Below, piece by piece: positions 1 to 13,911 of a DNA stretch of 64,000 nt. Below the pieces are notes generated by a model. That model made no database searches. It saw nothing but the letters and a program-made list of their open reading frames with translations, and was not told the DNA's origin. Numbering within the stretch: the stretch's first letter is position 1; each line of letters begins with the position of its first letter. Source of the stretch: Macrostomum hystrix (taxonomy: Eukaryota; Animalia; Platyhelminthes); the NCBI GenBank assembly GCA_950097015.1, contig CATNEN010000038.1, forward strand, positions 29,016,001-29,080,000, given 5' to 3'. The position numbers and the translations under genes were made by a program.

Positions 1-460
1 TGTGAGACACGCATTACACCTGTGAGACACACATTACACATGTGAGACACGCATTACACGTGTGAGACACGCATTACACGTGTGAGACACGCATTACACC
101 TGTGAGACACGCATTACAACTGTGAGGCACACATTACACCTGTGAGACACACATTACACCTGTGAGACACACATTACACCTGTGAGACACACATTACACC
201 TGTGAGACACACATTACACCTGTGAGACACACATTACACCTGTGAGACACACATTACACCTGTGAGACACACATTACACATGTGTGACACGCATTACACC
301 TGTGAGACACACATTACACCTGTGAGACACGCATTACACGTGTGAGACACGCATTACACGTGTGAGACACGCATTACACGTGTGAGACACGCATTACACC
401 TGTGAGACACGCATTACACCTGTGAGACACGCATTACACCTGTGAGGCACACATTACACC
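1..460. repeat. 20-bp tandem minisatellite (TGTGAGACACRCATTACACC), in a GPCR intron
   Basis: About 23 units of 20 bp read directly; array starts at the window edge. Confidence 0.97.
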
Positions 461-481
461 TATTAGTTATTTAAGTCTTAC

Positions 482-3400
482 CTGTCGAAAGCGATGAAGC
501 TAAGAGTAGTAACTGAAGCAGCCACAGCCACACCCTGCAGGTAGGTCAATGCCTTGCACAAAGTTCTTCCGATAATCCAATCTGTAAGTTGGCGTTTGAA
601 AAAATACTGTTTACATTTTTTGTAATTAATCTGTGGCCCAAACTTGAGGAGAGAAGACTTGAGAGCTTTTCGTAAAACGGGCCAACCGCCAAAGGCGCGG
701 AGAGAGTGTAAAGCACTTTATTAAGCAATATTTTTTCGAAGATTCTACAAAAGGCTGAAAAGAGATAGGTTGAATCAATAGGTTGTTTATTTGCCTTGCA
801 TTGCCTGTTTACCTATTGATGATGCGGGTGTCACTAATGGGATATGATTTGACAAAACTGGGCCAGGTGATCGGGCGGGTCACAAAAGAAAATTGTATCA
901 GTTTACTAAAAGAGCTCCGTTGTAAGCCAAATCAGTGGAAAAACACTGCGCGTGGAGCTAGTGATATAGTAAGCTATGACAAAGGGTAGTAGCCATCGGG
1001 CGGTTTGCCGTCGTCAAAAAAACAGGATTGAATTAGCCACAAAAAGAATTAGAGCTTGTGAGATTGATACAGTGAAAAACCTGCACGGATATAAGGTGGC
1101 TATAATTGGACTTGCATTGGGAAAAAGTCATGTGATGCAGTAATATTAATACTTTTGCATATGTCACAGGTGTGTACAACTGCCACAGGTATGTACATCT
1201 GTCACGGGTGTGTACATCTGCCACAGGTGTGTACATCTGCCATAGGTGTGTACATCGGCCACAGGTGTGTACATCTGCCATAGGTGTGTACATCGGCCAC
1301 AGGTGTGTACATCTGTCACGGGTGTGTACATCTGTCACGGGTGTGTACATCTGTCACGGGTGTGTACATCTGTCACAAGGTTTGTAAATCTGTCACGGGT
1401 GTGTACATCTGTCACGGGTGTGTAAATCTGTCACGGGTGTGTAAATCTGTCACGGGTGTGTAAATCTGTCACGGGTGTGTACATCTGTCACGGGTGTGTA
1501 CATCTGTCACAAGGTTTGTAAATCTGTCACAGGTGTGTACATCTGTCACAAGGTTTGTAAATCTGTCACGGGTGTGTACATTTGTCACGGGTGTGTAAAT
1601 CTGTCACGGGTGTGTAAATCTGTCACGGGTGTGTAAATCTGTCACGGGTGTGTACATCTGTCACGGGTGTGTAAATCTGTCACGGGTGTGTACCACAGCC
1701 TTATCTCCGATGCTGCACCTTAAATGAATGTGGCATTGTCGTGGAATCAAGCTCTGGGACCTTGCTGCCATAGGTATGCAAGTTAAACCGATCTACCCAT
1801 CATGGACAAGCTATCCGTTCTGGTAGTTCACAGCACATTTCAGCAGCGTTGGTGAAGTGGATACGCTGGAAGGACTAGCAGATGCAAAGTAAGATAAATT
1901 CTAGAATGATTTTAATAGTACACTGAAGTTATCTTGATGGAAAGTCTTGTCGTAGCGATTCAAATTGCCCTTAAATAAAAATTTGGGCAAAAGCCAGACA
2001 AAAAATACTTTAAGAATGCTAATTTCGAGAGTCAGTTTAAACGAAGGTCTTATTTTAAAGTCAATCAGAAATCCTGAGAATTTAAAAGGAAGAAAATTTC
2101 CTCATGGTGGAGCCACAAACTATTCCGTGTCATGCTCTTAAAGCTTGCCTAGGGGGGACGCAAATATTAGAGTAGTGTGCTCAACGACATTTATTTCAGG
2201 AGCTGAAAGCTAGTATATTAAATAATAATTAAACAATGCTTGTTTAAACTGTTCCGATAGAACCAGATGTGCAGCCGACAGCACAGCCGCAGCTATTGCA
2301 AGGCGCGTCTGAGGACTGCATAGGGCTGTCCATGGACTCATTTTACAGCTGGGTGAACTGAAGCACATTCGGGTATTATTCTAACGGACACGAATCGTTA
2401 CAGTGGAGTCGGGAATCGAACCGCCAGCCTTCAAGCTCTAACCACAATGCTACCAATCCCTCTGTGTATTATTAAATAGTAAATGAATGGATTCAAAGAA
2501 AATATTAATACATATTTAAGATATCAGGTAGAATGGAGGAGTTAAAGAAATTTAGAGCATTGCTTCGAGTTGAATCTTTTGTGAAAAAAAGATCGCATTA
2601 AAGTGCTTTCTAACATTGCCAAAGAAAATTTATTTTTCTTCCCAACTGAAAGAAATAATTACCCATATTCCCAAGTTAAGTAGGTGAAATGAATTTTAAG
2701 GAGCACTAGCTCGGACATGTGCCAGTTCCCAGGGGGCAGTCAAGGAGGTCACCCTAGTGGCCGGCCAAACCCAAGGAATTTGTTCGCAACCAAATCCAAC
2801 GGTCAGAAGGAAGCTTGGTCCATTCAGACCAAAGCATAATCCATTAGACGTATTAGCTTAATCCTAAATCTATTTTGGCCCTAGTGAGCTAGTAAGCCGA
2901 GCAAAATCTCCTGATAACCGCATCGGAAATGTCCGTCTGTCACCCCGCAACATCTGGCTTCAATTCATCACTTATAAATGTTTTGGATAATTTTAGTTTA
3001 TTGTCAACTTAAAACGTAACACACTAAGCCGACAAGCCGACAATCTGCCATATCTATTAACCTTTCAACTTATCAACAGATCAACTTATCAACAGATCAA
3101 CTTATCAACAGAATGTCAGCTCATCAACCTGTCAATTTATCAACCTGTCAATTTATCAACCTGTCAATTTATCAACCTGTCAATTTATCAACCTGTCAAT
3201 TTATCAACCTGTCAATTTATCAACCTGTCAATTTATCAACCTGTCAATTCATCAACCTGTCAAACTATCAAACAGTCAACCTATTAATCTGTCAACCTAT
3301 CAACCTGTCAACCTATCAACCTGTCAAACTATCAAACAGTCAACCTATTAATCTGTCAACCTATCAACCTGTCAAACTATCATTATTTCATTCTGTCATA

Positions 3401-6400
3401 CTGTCAATCTGTCAAAATATCAATCTGGCATTCTGTTGCCACGTCAATTTTTTATTTTTTCACATCGTCACTCTGTCGACCTTTTGATTTTTGAACCAAT
3501 CTTTCAACTCACCAACCTGTTGCCCTGTCACCCTGTCAGTTTCTATCGGTCAATCTATCAATCTGCACTACCTATCACTATACAAATCGGACACTGTCAC
3601 TCTAAATATTTCAGCCTGTGAAACGTCGCATCCAAGAAGTCGTGACTTTTCTTGTCAGATCAAATCGACCGCGACTAGAGCTATTTTCAGCCGCAGGTTG
3701 TAATTTTCTAGCTGACTCCAGTGAATAGAAACGATTGATTTCACACGCTCGACAACCGTCCCTTCTGTTCCTAATTCTCTGCGGGCTGTATGGAGGAAAT
3801 AGAAATTGTATACTTCTTTGCTTTCTGAATTGCTAACAGCCGCCCCACTGGCACGGAAGGTACATTTGTTCTCACGCAATAGAAATGAATTTTATATATT
3901 TTTTTAGTTTTTTTATTCCTGGCGCAAATTCTGTAGAGAAAGTGACAAAAAACGTGGACTGCCGTCAAAAGGCGAAGCTAAAAAGTTCTCAGAGGTAGGG
4001 GGCAGAACTAATCTGCCTGCCTTAACTATGTCTGACAAAAGTACAAGCAGCAATCACAATGCTAGCCTCACAGTCACACACAGGACACAAACGCTGAGAG
4101 AGACAATTCAATAGAGGCTTTGTTGGAATCAGAATGCTGCTAGAAAAATATTCTTTTAATAGAAAATCCTGACAAGAAAGGAAATCAGGAAGACTAGAAT
4201 TCAGGAAGACGCGATGATGGCTCGTAGTTTCGCGTGCTTGGTGTTTTCTCACCTATGCCATCAAAAGTTATTGTCACCTTTAGATTTTCTAGCCAGGTAC
4301 AGCTTTTAATTAAAACATACCTGCCTGCGAGTTTGTCTTGAAAATCAATGGATTGGACACCCATAAGATAAGTAGCAAATAGGCCGTATAAACAAAGTGA
4401 GCAATTGCTCAAAGTCTACGATATTCTCAATTCAGAATGAATAAAGTGAGTGCTTGCTGCTGAGCAAATCTTGACTTGTCTCAAGAGTTACTGTTCACCC
4501 CTCGAGCAATTGCTCTGTGACTGAGTAGAGACTCGCGTCAGCAAGAATAACTCTGGCCATAGACAAATGTCTGAAGCATTTGCTCGCGTTTTCTTGAGTC
4601 AAGTCGGCAGCGTGCTCAGCGCCTATTCAGCATCATACTTTCCCACTGCTCTGTTTGCATAGCGAACGAAAATCTCATCGTCTTCGTCTTGAGTCGGCAT
4701 TTTTTCATACCACGTAGCAAATCTTGCTTGCGAGGCGAGCCTCGTTCGTTCCATTAAACAGCAAAAAAGAGGGAAGTGATTTTGATCACCATTTTGTCTA
4801 TGGTACAAATTCGCTGAGCAACTGCTCGGGTGGCTGGGAACTTGCTCGAAGTTTGAGATAAATCAATATTCATACGAAAAGTGAGCGGTTGCTCAACAGA
4901 GCAATTGCTCGGCTCTGAGCATTTTCTCAAACTCAGAGTACGACGTAGGAGCATTTACTCGTGAGCTGCTCAATAATTGCTCAATTTATTCATACGGCCT
5001 AATGCATTAAGAGCAGTTTTTAGCTTCATTCTAGCTCTAGACGTTTTGAACAGTTGAATGATATTTTAATGACAAATTTTCCTTGAATAAACTGGCGCTT
5101 ATTAAGGTGAGGATTTTTGCCAATATCTAATTAGAATAATGAGTAGGACTACCAAGCCACTTTGCAGCCCGTTTTTATACCAACGTTTTTATACCAATTT
5201 AATTTTTGGCAGCGCCTGTATGCCAACAGCGTTGGGTGGTGACTGATTTGTTGACAGACTAGGCGATGGTGTACTGTGGTTGGGCTGCGTCTAATATTTT
5301 GGTATGATAAGTGAAATTGGAGAAATTCGCGTCAGGATGTCCATATTGGCCCGTTTCCACCAGTTGTTGCCCTTGAAGGTCCAGCAAATCCATAGAGATA
5401 AAGATAGGTGACCACCAAGACGGAGATGATGCAGGCACATTCGGGTGACATGCAGATAAATTTTGAAGGCCTGGCAAGGCCGCACTGAGGCGCATTGCTA
5501 ATTCGTGTATAGGGGTGTATCAAATACAATAGCGCTGATTGGAAAAATCCGACCTCCGGCCAGAATCATTAATAACCTCGGCAGCCTGAAGAGCTGGCGG
5601 TTTGATTATTGTTTCAGAAGATGCGCAACAAAAAGTTGGCCCGTGTTCTTGAGTTTCGTGTGCTTGCGTTGCTCCGTTCGGGTGCAGCACAAAAAATTGT
5701 CAGGGGGAAATGTTAAATATTATATAATTATAATTATACTCGTATAAATATCGATTAATAAAGACTGCTTTTTGAACGCTTTGAATTTCTGTATGACTTG
5801 CAATACATACCTGTATTGCAAAACATCCCATAACTTTGGCCATAGACATTTGGAGATCTGCAGCGCTCTCACTAAATAATTTTTGCACTCTAACTGTCTA
5901 TGGGTAAGAGGAGTCCTGTTCGCACCAAGGTCACTGAGCCCGATTCCACAAGGCTTGTGGGCTTGTCGTACAATTTACGCGCTTGATGGCCAACCTCACA
6001 GGCACAGCGATAGTGCACACTGCCTGACGTACAGTATCTGTGTGCGAGTGTGCTCAGGTTTCAGCGAAATGGACGGAATTGCTTGCTCGCTGGCTGCGGG
6101 TCCAGTGTCACCAAATGATGTGCCATTGCCCGCAAACCTCCTGCAATTATCACTTTTATTATTATTAAGAGGAGCCCGAACATCCATAAATGCACATTAT
6201 TTGTGCTGCAATCATACCCATGCACTCATACCTATTCTTCATAAACCAATAAGTTGAAACTAATTAGCACTATAAAATAGCAAAATGAGCCGAGACAGAG
6301 TTGTGCCGAGTATTAAGCAGAAATCGAATAGCTGCTTAAAATCGGGCTTACCGAAGCCTATGAGTGAAATAGTCTCCGACTTCTCTAGTTCAAAGCTCTA

Positions 6401-9400
6401 ATGAGGTGAAATCCATCCTAGCTTGAAGCCTGCGTCGCATCGCTGAGTCCTAGCAATGCGGTCTCAACTATGGAATCCCAAATCTCTTCCTATTTTCTTC
6501 ATTTCTTATCATCGGGCAAAACTCTGATCCCCAATCTACCGCCAGTCCTGAGTGCACTTTTTATTTCTCTATTTTTCATTAATATTTCTCCGCCAGAGGA
6601 ATTTTACCCGCATCAAGAGAGCCAACCAGCGCCAACAAAAATACAGAAGAAGCTCAACTTCTCAAGCCGCAGTTTGTGGATAAAAATCTGTTTTTAAGCT
6701 CTGTAGTCGTCGCCCTTTCGTCGACCAGTTCAGCGATCCACTGAGCTGGTGTAAAGTCAATTTCCTTCTGATACCAGCGACTTACATTTAGTCGTCGGGT
6801 TCTTTAATAATTCAGTGGCCAAGCAGAGAGTAAGAGAGAGTGAACAGGCGACAGACTAATATAACGAGACTATATATTACTGAGCGTTACGAGCGTTTCC
6901 CCAGCAGTGTGATCGACCGATTTCCTACTTAGCAGAGAGAAGATTGATAAGCAAGATTGGACATTGCTTGGACTAAAGGAGAATTTGATAATGAGACACA
7001 CAGCACTGTAGACAAATGGCTGCCAAAGATCTTCCAAGACTGACAAATCTTTTTTGAATAATGCATATGAGAATTTCACGTATTCAAATATTTCTTAGGG
7101 GCTATAGTCAGTAGAAGGGAAGAGGTCTGCTGGAGGAAGGAAAGATCGAAGTCAAGAAACGCCTCATTTCTTTTCTAGGAGTTTGAAGGACGATTCTCAT
7201 TTGGAGGGTCGATGCGGCCTCTCTGAGATGCCTGTCGATTCTTTCATATTTGGCCAATGTCTCAGTCAGTCTGTCTCTGCATGGAATCCAACCAGCTCGT
7301 TAAGAGGCAGAAAAAGGAAGTCGCCAGACATGCTTGCTGCTTTATAAAAGTGAAGGAAAGAAAGCAATGTGCATCCTTTCTCTCTGGTGCAAGGGTGAGC
7401 CTGAAACTAGACTTCACTGCAATATGCCGGCAAGATTTCCAGGATTAGGCCAGAGAACAAGCCCACATGTGATTACGAGGAAATACGAGGAATTATGCTC
7501 GCTTGCTTTATATTGTTTTAGTTTAACCCCTGAACAGTATATTTTGGCAAAAATGTAACACCTTGATGATGACGTCAAAATGGTGTTTGACAACAAGTTG
7601 ATAGAGTTCGATGATGGGCTTTTGTTCTTGAATAGTGCGTCTCTAGGTTTGGTGATAGGTTTATGGGGTTTGGTGATGGGTTTATGGGGTTTGGTGATGG
7701 GTTTATGGGGTTTGGTGATGGGTTTATGGGGTTTGGTGACGGGTTTATGGGGTTTGGTGATGGGTTTATGGGGTTTGGTGATGGGTTTATGAAGTTTGGT
7801 GATGGGTTTATGAAGTTTGGTGATGGGTTTATGGGGTTTGGTGATGGGTTTATGGGTTTGTTGATGGGTTTATGGGGTTTGTTGATGGGTTTATGGGGTT
7901 TGGTGATGGGTTTATGGGGTTTGGTGATGGGTTTATGGGGTTTGGTGATGGGTTTATGAAGTTTGGTGATGGGTTTATGGGGTTTGGTGATGGGTTTATG
8001 GGGTTTGGTGATGGGTTTATGAAGTTTGGTGATGGGTTTATGGGTTTGTTGATGGGTTTATGGGGTTTGGTGATGGGTTTATGGGGTTTGGTGATGGGTT
8101 TATGAAGTTTGGTGATGGGTTTATGGGGTTTGGTGATGGGTTTATGGAGTTTGGTGATGGGTTTATGGGGTTTGGTGATGGGTTTATGGGGTTTGGTGAT
8201 GGGTTTATGGGTTTGTTGATGGGTTTATGGGGTTTGGTGATGGGTTTATGGGGTTTGGTGACGGGTTTATGAAGTTTGGTGATGGGTTTATGAAGTTTGG
8301 TGATGGGTTTATGGGGTTTGGTGATGGGTTTATGGGTTTGTTGATGGGTTTATGGGGTTTGGTGATGGGTTTATGGGGTTTGGTGATGGGTTTATGGGGT
8401 TTATGGGGTTTGGTGATGGGTTTATTGGGTTTGGTGATGGGTTTATGGGGTTTGGTGATGGGTTTATGGGTTTGTTGATGGGTTTATGGGGTTTGGTGAT
8501 GGGTTTATTGGGTTTGGTGATGGGTTTATGGGGTTTGGTGATGGGTTTATGGGGTTTGGTGATGGGTTTATGGGTTTGTTGATGGGTTTATGGGTTTGGT
8601 GATGGGTTGATGGGGTTTGGTGATGGGTTTATGGGGTTTGGTGATGGGTTTATTGGGTTTGGTGATGGGTTTATGGGGTTTGGTGATGGGTTTATGGGTT
8701 TGTTGATGGGTTTATGGGGTTTGGTGATGGGTTTATTGGGTTTGGTGATGGGTTTATGGGGTTTGGTGATGGGTTTATGGGGTTTGGTGATGGGTTTATG
8801 GGTTTGTTGATGGGTTTATGGGTTTGGTGATGGGTTGATGGGGTTTGGTGATGGGTTTATGGGGTTTGGTGATGGGTTTATGGGTTTGTTGATGGGTTTA
8901 TGGGTTTGGTGATGGGTTGATGGGGTTTGGTGATGGGTTTATGGGTTTGGTGATGGGTTGATGGGGTTTGGTTATGGGTTTATGGGTTTGGTGATGGGTT
9001 GATGGGGTTTGGTGATGGGTTTATGGGGTTTGGTGATGGGTTTATGGGTTTGGTGATGGGTTTATGGGGTTTGGTGATGGGTTTATGGGGTTTGGTGATG
9101 GGTTGATGGGGTTTGGTGATGGGTTTATGGACTTGGATGACTGGATAATATGGTTGAATCGTTAGTTTATTGTTTTGGATTCTTGGTTTCGAGGTTCTTA
9201 GGGTCGGCTTGTTTATTTCTGTACTATCGTATTCTTCTAGCAAGCGCACCCCATGCTGAGTAAAGATTTGAAACTCAGAAGTATCAACGCGGCAGTTTTG
9301 CAAAACAGGCCAGAAGATTAAACCAGCTTATTTCACGGCAAACGGGCAAGTCACCAAAAGCGGATTTTGATTCCCAGTTGACAGAAATCAAGAAAGAAAG

Positions 9401-10670
9401 AGCGGATAGGACTGTCGTAACGATCTCATGTCAACAGCGCCATTGACAGCATTTGTCAGCGAGTGTCAGCAGAGGTCTCAACAGCTGCCTGACGCTCCGG
9501 AACCCACCGTTGCCAGACAAACCAAGTTGAATGGCTGTCAAAGACCAGGCAAAGGATTTGTGCTCTTTGAGTAGACTCGTAGACTTGTACTAGCGAACAT
9601 AATCTCCTTAAGATCCTTCCAATGAGAGTAGAGCATGAAGGAAGTAGGATCAAGCAGGTTCTTTTTGGGCAAATAGAAGCTAATGAAGTCACAGTATATT
9701 GTCGCGCAGGCCACTAAAACTATCATCTGCTTTCAGAGTCTTTCTCTGGATGTTTCTTGTGGCTTTTTCTTCGTCAGTCTAGTTCGCTTTTGCCTATTTC
9801 ACGGTTCACAAAGTCGGACTAGCAAAAACAGCTTTTATCTACGCCTCGGAGGGCCCAAAATTGAGCAACTAGACTTTCCTGGATGGTCTCTGAGACCGAA
9901 TAAAATTTCCTGTTATTGTATCATATATTACGTGGCTCAGGTAATCATCTAGATAAAAAGACACTTCAAGTAGATGACTGTCAAACTCTCCGAGCTCAAA
10001 GTGCTTGAGAGGCTGTTCCAGTTAATGGCATCTAGTAGAAAATCTCATTATCCTAAAAGCGAAAGCTGACAGGAATAAAATTGCAAAGTTGAGAGGCGAA
10101 CTGCTTTTGTCGGAGGTGACAGACGAGGCCTCAATCGAGATCGCAGCGCCTACAGGCATTTGACTCGCTAAAGTTTGTTAAAGTGATTGCGCAGCGATAA
10201 AACATGGCCGATGTTGCTGCAGACAAGTTGCATGCTAGTTTTACGGGATCAGGTATTTTAATACAAGAAAAGTTCGTGTCTTGGAATTCTCGAGACTGTT
10301 TAACAGGGAAGGTTGTTTTTTACTTACTTTTTCCGCACGTTTCATCGCAGAAAGTCAGCGAATACAAATGAAATAAACAAACAAACAAAAAACAGTTCTC
10401 ACTTGCAAAAGTGTTCGATATGAGATTAAGCGGCAGGCAGAATATCGACACCAAAATATCAGCCGTGCTCAGATTGCAGATGAAATAGTTCACCGCCGTA
10501 TGCATTGAAGGAATGCGGTACACTGTCGCTATGACAACCACGTTACCGATAAAGGAAAATGTGAAGACAACGGTATAGGCCACGGATAGAAAGGCCAGGA
10601 CAGGAGGCGTCTGTTTCAGCTCCCACATGTTGGTAGGTTCCTTCGAGATGTTGCTCAGATTGTTCATCAT
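482..10670 (-). CDS. Neuropeptide GPCR, SIFamide/NPFF-receptor-like (partial, TM1-TM3; continues beyond window start)
   Basis: Exon 10670-10403 (FSFIGNVVV...[21 protein letters not shown], donor gtgag) splices in phase 1 to exon 581-482 (acceptor ttacag; [34 protein letters not shown]; donor gtaag). GN, LxxxD, CK and DR motifs of class A peptide receptors. Confidence 0.88.
1160..1691. repeat. 20-bp minisatellite (CACRGGTGTGTACATCTGY) derived from the SINE core
   Basis: Unit matches the reverse complement of the SINE internal motif GCAGATGTACACACCTGTG; a SINE head abuts it at 1692-1800. Confidence 0.93.
1692..1800 (-). mobile_element. tRNA-derived SINE family A, 5' head
   Basis: Reverse complement reads ...caaggtcccagagcttgattcc...gccacattcattt...ggagataaggct, matching the head of the 31547 copy. 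Confidence 0.75.
2255..2460 (-). mobile_element. tRNA-derived SINE family B
   Basis: Minus strand has A/B-box-like ggtagcattgtgg and ggttcgattccc plus cttcagttcacccagctgtaaa, shared with 50081-50350. Confidence 0.65.
3058..3380. repeat. 16-bp-based minisatellite (ATCAACCTGTCAATTT and variants)
   Basis: Tandem units read directly, degenerating towards about 3600. Confidence 0.9.
4381..5000. mobile_element. Non-autonomous DNA transposon (MITE), probably PIF/Harbinger type
   Basis: Imperfect ~26-bp TIRs AGGCCGTATAAACAAAGTGAGCAATT / AATTGCTCAATTTATTCATACGGCCT, 3-bp direct repeat AAT at 4378-4380 and 5001-5003, internal GAGCAATTGCTC repeats. Confidence 0.8.
5900..6167 (+). mobile_element. SINE family A copy
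   Basis: cgcaccaaggtcactgagcccgattcc head, gtgctcagg...ctcgctggctgcgggtc body, ctcctgcaatta(tta)n tail. Confidence 0.8.
7645..9130. repeat. 21-bp G/T-rich minisatellite (GGTTTGGTGATGGGTTTATGG)
   Basis: About 70 units with almost no C on the + strand; produces spurious GFGDGFM ORFs. Confidence 0.97.
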
Positions 10671-11819
10671 TAGCCAAGTGGACAGCTTCGGTTTCTACCT
10701 TTCTGTAGTTAGCTATACGAGTCAATAAAAATACCTCTCTAAAGCTGCTTTTTAATGAAGACGTTGTGAGTATTTATTAATTGGTTATCAGGCCTTAGCT
10801 TTGGGTGATTTTCAGTTGGCTGGGGAGACTAAAACCAATGCCCTCTGGGATTGGACAATATCGTAAAAGTCGGGAATAGAACGGACACTAGACCTGCCTA
10901 TACAGTCGCCCTTCTGGTGTAGTTGTCCCAAAAACTCTGGCCCGCTGCAAAAGAGACCCTTGAGGTTGTTTAGTGAAGTATATAGGGCCGAGGGATTATC
11001 CGAATACCTACCTCACGGTGGCTTTGAGCTAAGAGCGGACACACCGTAAGGTTGTGCCTACATGACCGAGAGAAAGTTTTATAGGAAAGAATGCTTTAAT
11101 TTGGACAAACAACGTTGAGTAAGTGAGAGAAAGTTTGTCAGATTATCTCGCCCTTGCCTGTGGGGTCGGCTATAGGTTGCGAATCTATAACTTTATTAGT
11201 CTAGATTCCGTGCCACAGTCTATTTAGGCCCTTTTTGTTTGATGTAGGAAAAAAGTTAGCTTACTTGTGAGTTAAAATAACTGACGGCTGTGAAATTCAA
11301 TAAACAAACTTTGCAATCGGACAGTATTTCCTAGAATTTTGCGGAAGAAGCTTGGCTTTTGGGCTGCCAGCTCAAAACTATCCGGATCGCTTCTATTCTT
11401 TTTTAATCCCAAAACTTGCACAGGATTCGCTCGGCTGTGAAATTTTCTATTAGAAAAGTTTTAGGCGAGTGGAGTTAGAAATCCCATCGGAATTTCATTT
11501 TCGCTTTGAGAAATTCTTTTTCTTGATTATTCAGCCCTGCGTCGCTTAGGATTGTCAGTTGCACGCCTGACAAAATATGTGTGAAGTCCATATTCTCTCA
11601 TTCTACCAGATTTATGCACTACAGCGAATTCAGAGTTCGCACAGAATCACTTAATGTCACTTGCAGGCTAGGTCTGGACTGTGACTGCCGTTTTTCTCAT
11701 GTGCGATGGATTACATGCATGGCATCATGGCTCACTCAACTAGAGGGTAGAAGCTGGGAACTGGTTCATTGAAGAAGACGGGGAGATAATGGCGTAGAGA
11801 AAAATAGAGAGGGGGAAAA

Positions 11820-12100
11820 GTGAAGAGAAAATAATTTGGAGGGGAGGAGAGGAGGGCAGAAGAAGAGGCGAGAAGAAGAGGGGAGAAGAAGAGTGGAGAA
11901 GAGGGGAGAAGAAGAGTGGAGAAGAGGGGAGAAGAGGGGAGAAGAGGGGAGAAGAGGGGAGAAGAGGGAGAAGAGGGGAGAAGAGGGGAGAAGAAGAGGG
12001 GAGAAGAAGAGGGGAGAAGAAGAGGGGAGAAGAAGAGGGGAGAAGAAGAGGGCAGAAGAAGAGGTGCGAGGAAGACGTGAGAAGAGGGAGAAGAGAGAAA
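11820..12100. repeat. Polypurine low-complexity tract (GAAGAGGGGA)n
   Basis: Almost pure A/G on the + strand. Confidence 0.9.
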
Positions 12101-12524
12101 ATTACCAGACAATCAAATCGGAAAGAGGAAAGAAGTTAACGGAGACTCGAAACTAAAAAGAAGACAGGAATAGGAGAAAATGTGTTTTGACTGCACCTTA
12201 ATTAGTTTAAATAAGTATTTCATAGTCTGCATATAGTCCGCACTGCATTCTTCATTAGCAACTGGCTTTAAGAGCTTCTGAAAATTTCGTCTGTCACTTA
12301 AATATGAAGCCTTTTGCACGGATGGCCTGTTCGTTAGTATTAATTAAGTTTATGTGATTTGAGTAGCAGATTGAATTTAGGATCCGCGTTCTATCTAGGA
12401 TATAGTTGATTAGTGCCTACAGCGCGTGAAACCTTAACTTTAGTTGATAAATTTAATCACATTTTCGGAAATACTTTTTCAAAGTCGATTTGTTTTCAAA
12501 GAAAACCTGACTTAGAATTAGACA

Positions 12525-13160
12525 ATTAGACAACCTGTCTGAGAGGCAGACAACCAGTCTGAGAGATAGACAACCTGTCTGAGAGGTAGACAACCAGTCT
12601 GAGAGGTAGACAACCTGTCTGAGAGGTAGACAACCAGTCTGAGAGATAGACAACCTGTCTGAGAGGTAGACAACCTGTCTGAGAGGTAGACAACCTGTCT
12701 GAGAGGTAGACAACCAGTCTGAGAGGAAGACAACCTGTCTTAGAAGTAGACAACCTGTCTGAGAGGTAGACAACTTGTCTTAGAAGTAGACAACCTGTCT
12801 GAGAGGTAGACAAGCTGACTGAGAAGTAGACAACCTGTCTTAGAGGAAGACAACCAGTCTTAGAAGTAGACGACCTGTCTGAGAGGTAGACAAGCTGACT
12901 GAGAGATAGACAACCTGTCTGAGAGCGATAGACAAGCTGTCTTAGAAGTAGACAACCTGTCTGAGAGGTAGACAAGCTGACTGAGAAGTAGACAACCTGT
13001 CTTAGAGGAAGACAACCAGTCTTAGAAGTAGACGACCTGTCTGAGAGGTAGACAAGCTGACTGAGAGATAGACAACCTGTCTGAGAGATAGACAAGCTGT
13101 CTTAGAAGTAGACAACCTGTCTGAGAGGTAGACAAGCTGACTGAAAAGTAGACAACCTGG
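12525..13160. repeat. 20-bp minisatellite (GTAGACAACCTGTCTGAGAG)
   Basis: About 31 tandem units with variants. Confidence 0.95.
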
Positions 13161-13911
13161 CAGAAGGTTAGGCAATCTGACTAAAGGTTTGAGGCTTTGA
13201 GTAAATGTGTAGTAACTACAGTGTGTGTGTTAGTACAGTAGAGCTTGTTATCCACCCAGTACAGTTAGGATGCCATAGAACTTTCTATGGATTTTAACGA
13301 GACATTAAAAAGTACCAATTTCCAATCCAAAAATAACTGAGCTTTCTACTACTTAAACCAGTAGCATAAGTTTTTCTGCATTAAACAAAAATAATCCAAG
13401 AAAAATGTAAAAAGGGAAATTAGCCAAAATTTAAAACTTTATTTGTCTTTTAAACAGAACAGTAAACGATAGGCTTTTTGTTCAATAACATTTTTGTGGA
13501 GCAAATAGTCGAATATTTTATTCCTGGTGGCATATTAAACCAGTGACAAAGAATGTAGATAAAACAAAAATATTGAAATTCCACGGAAAGGCACCATCAA
13601 GGGAATCTAAAACGGACGAACAGCTTCAGCAAATAGCGGTGCTAAAATTAATAACACGAATATTTTAGTGAAGTTAAAACATCGAATCACGATTACAATA
13701 TATGTCGATGTACCGGAAAAAAGTTTATAAAACAAGTACGATGGTAGGAAAATTTGACTGAAAATTGTACAAAACTTTTTATATTGTCTAGCCTCGATCA
13801 ATTCAGTCATTATAAAAAATTTAAATATAGAAACAAAAATAATCAAACAAAAATAAAAATCCTGTGCTCAGACAAAGAAACATTGCGAATCTAAGCCATC
13901 AGACGTCACAA

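Noticed and set aside
6720-7600. Possible very old LINE remnant (WCKVNFL- and FLGV-like words)
   Set aside because: Too decayed to support without an alignment.
7580-9303. GFGDGFMG repeat ORFs resembling a neuropeptide precursor, or a telomere array
   Set aside because: No signal peptide and no dibasic sites, frequent frameshifts, intronic; the unit is not TTAGGG.
12113-12319. ORF containing MKYLFKLIKVQS, faintly like a DOCK-family helix
   Set aside because: Too short, with no supporting exons or convincing splice structure.
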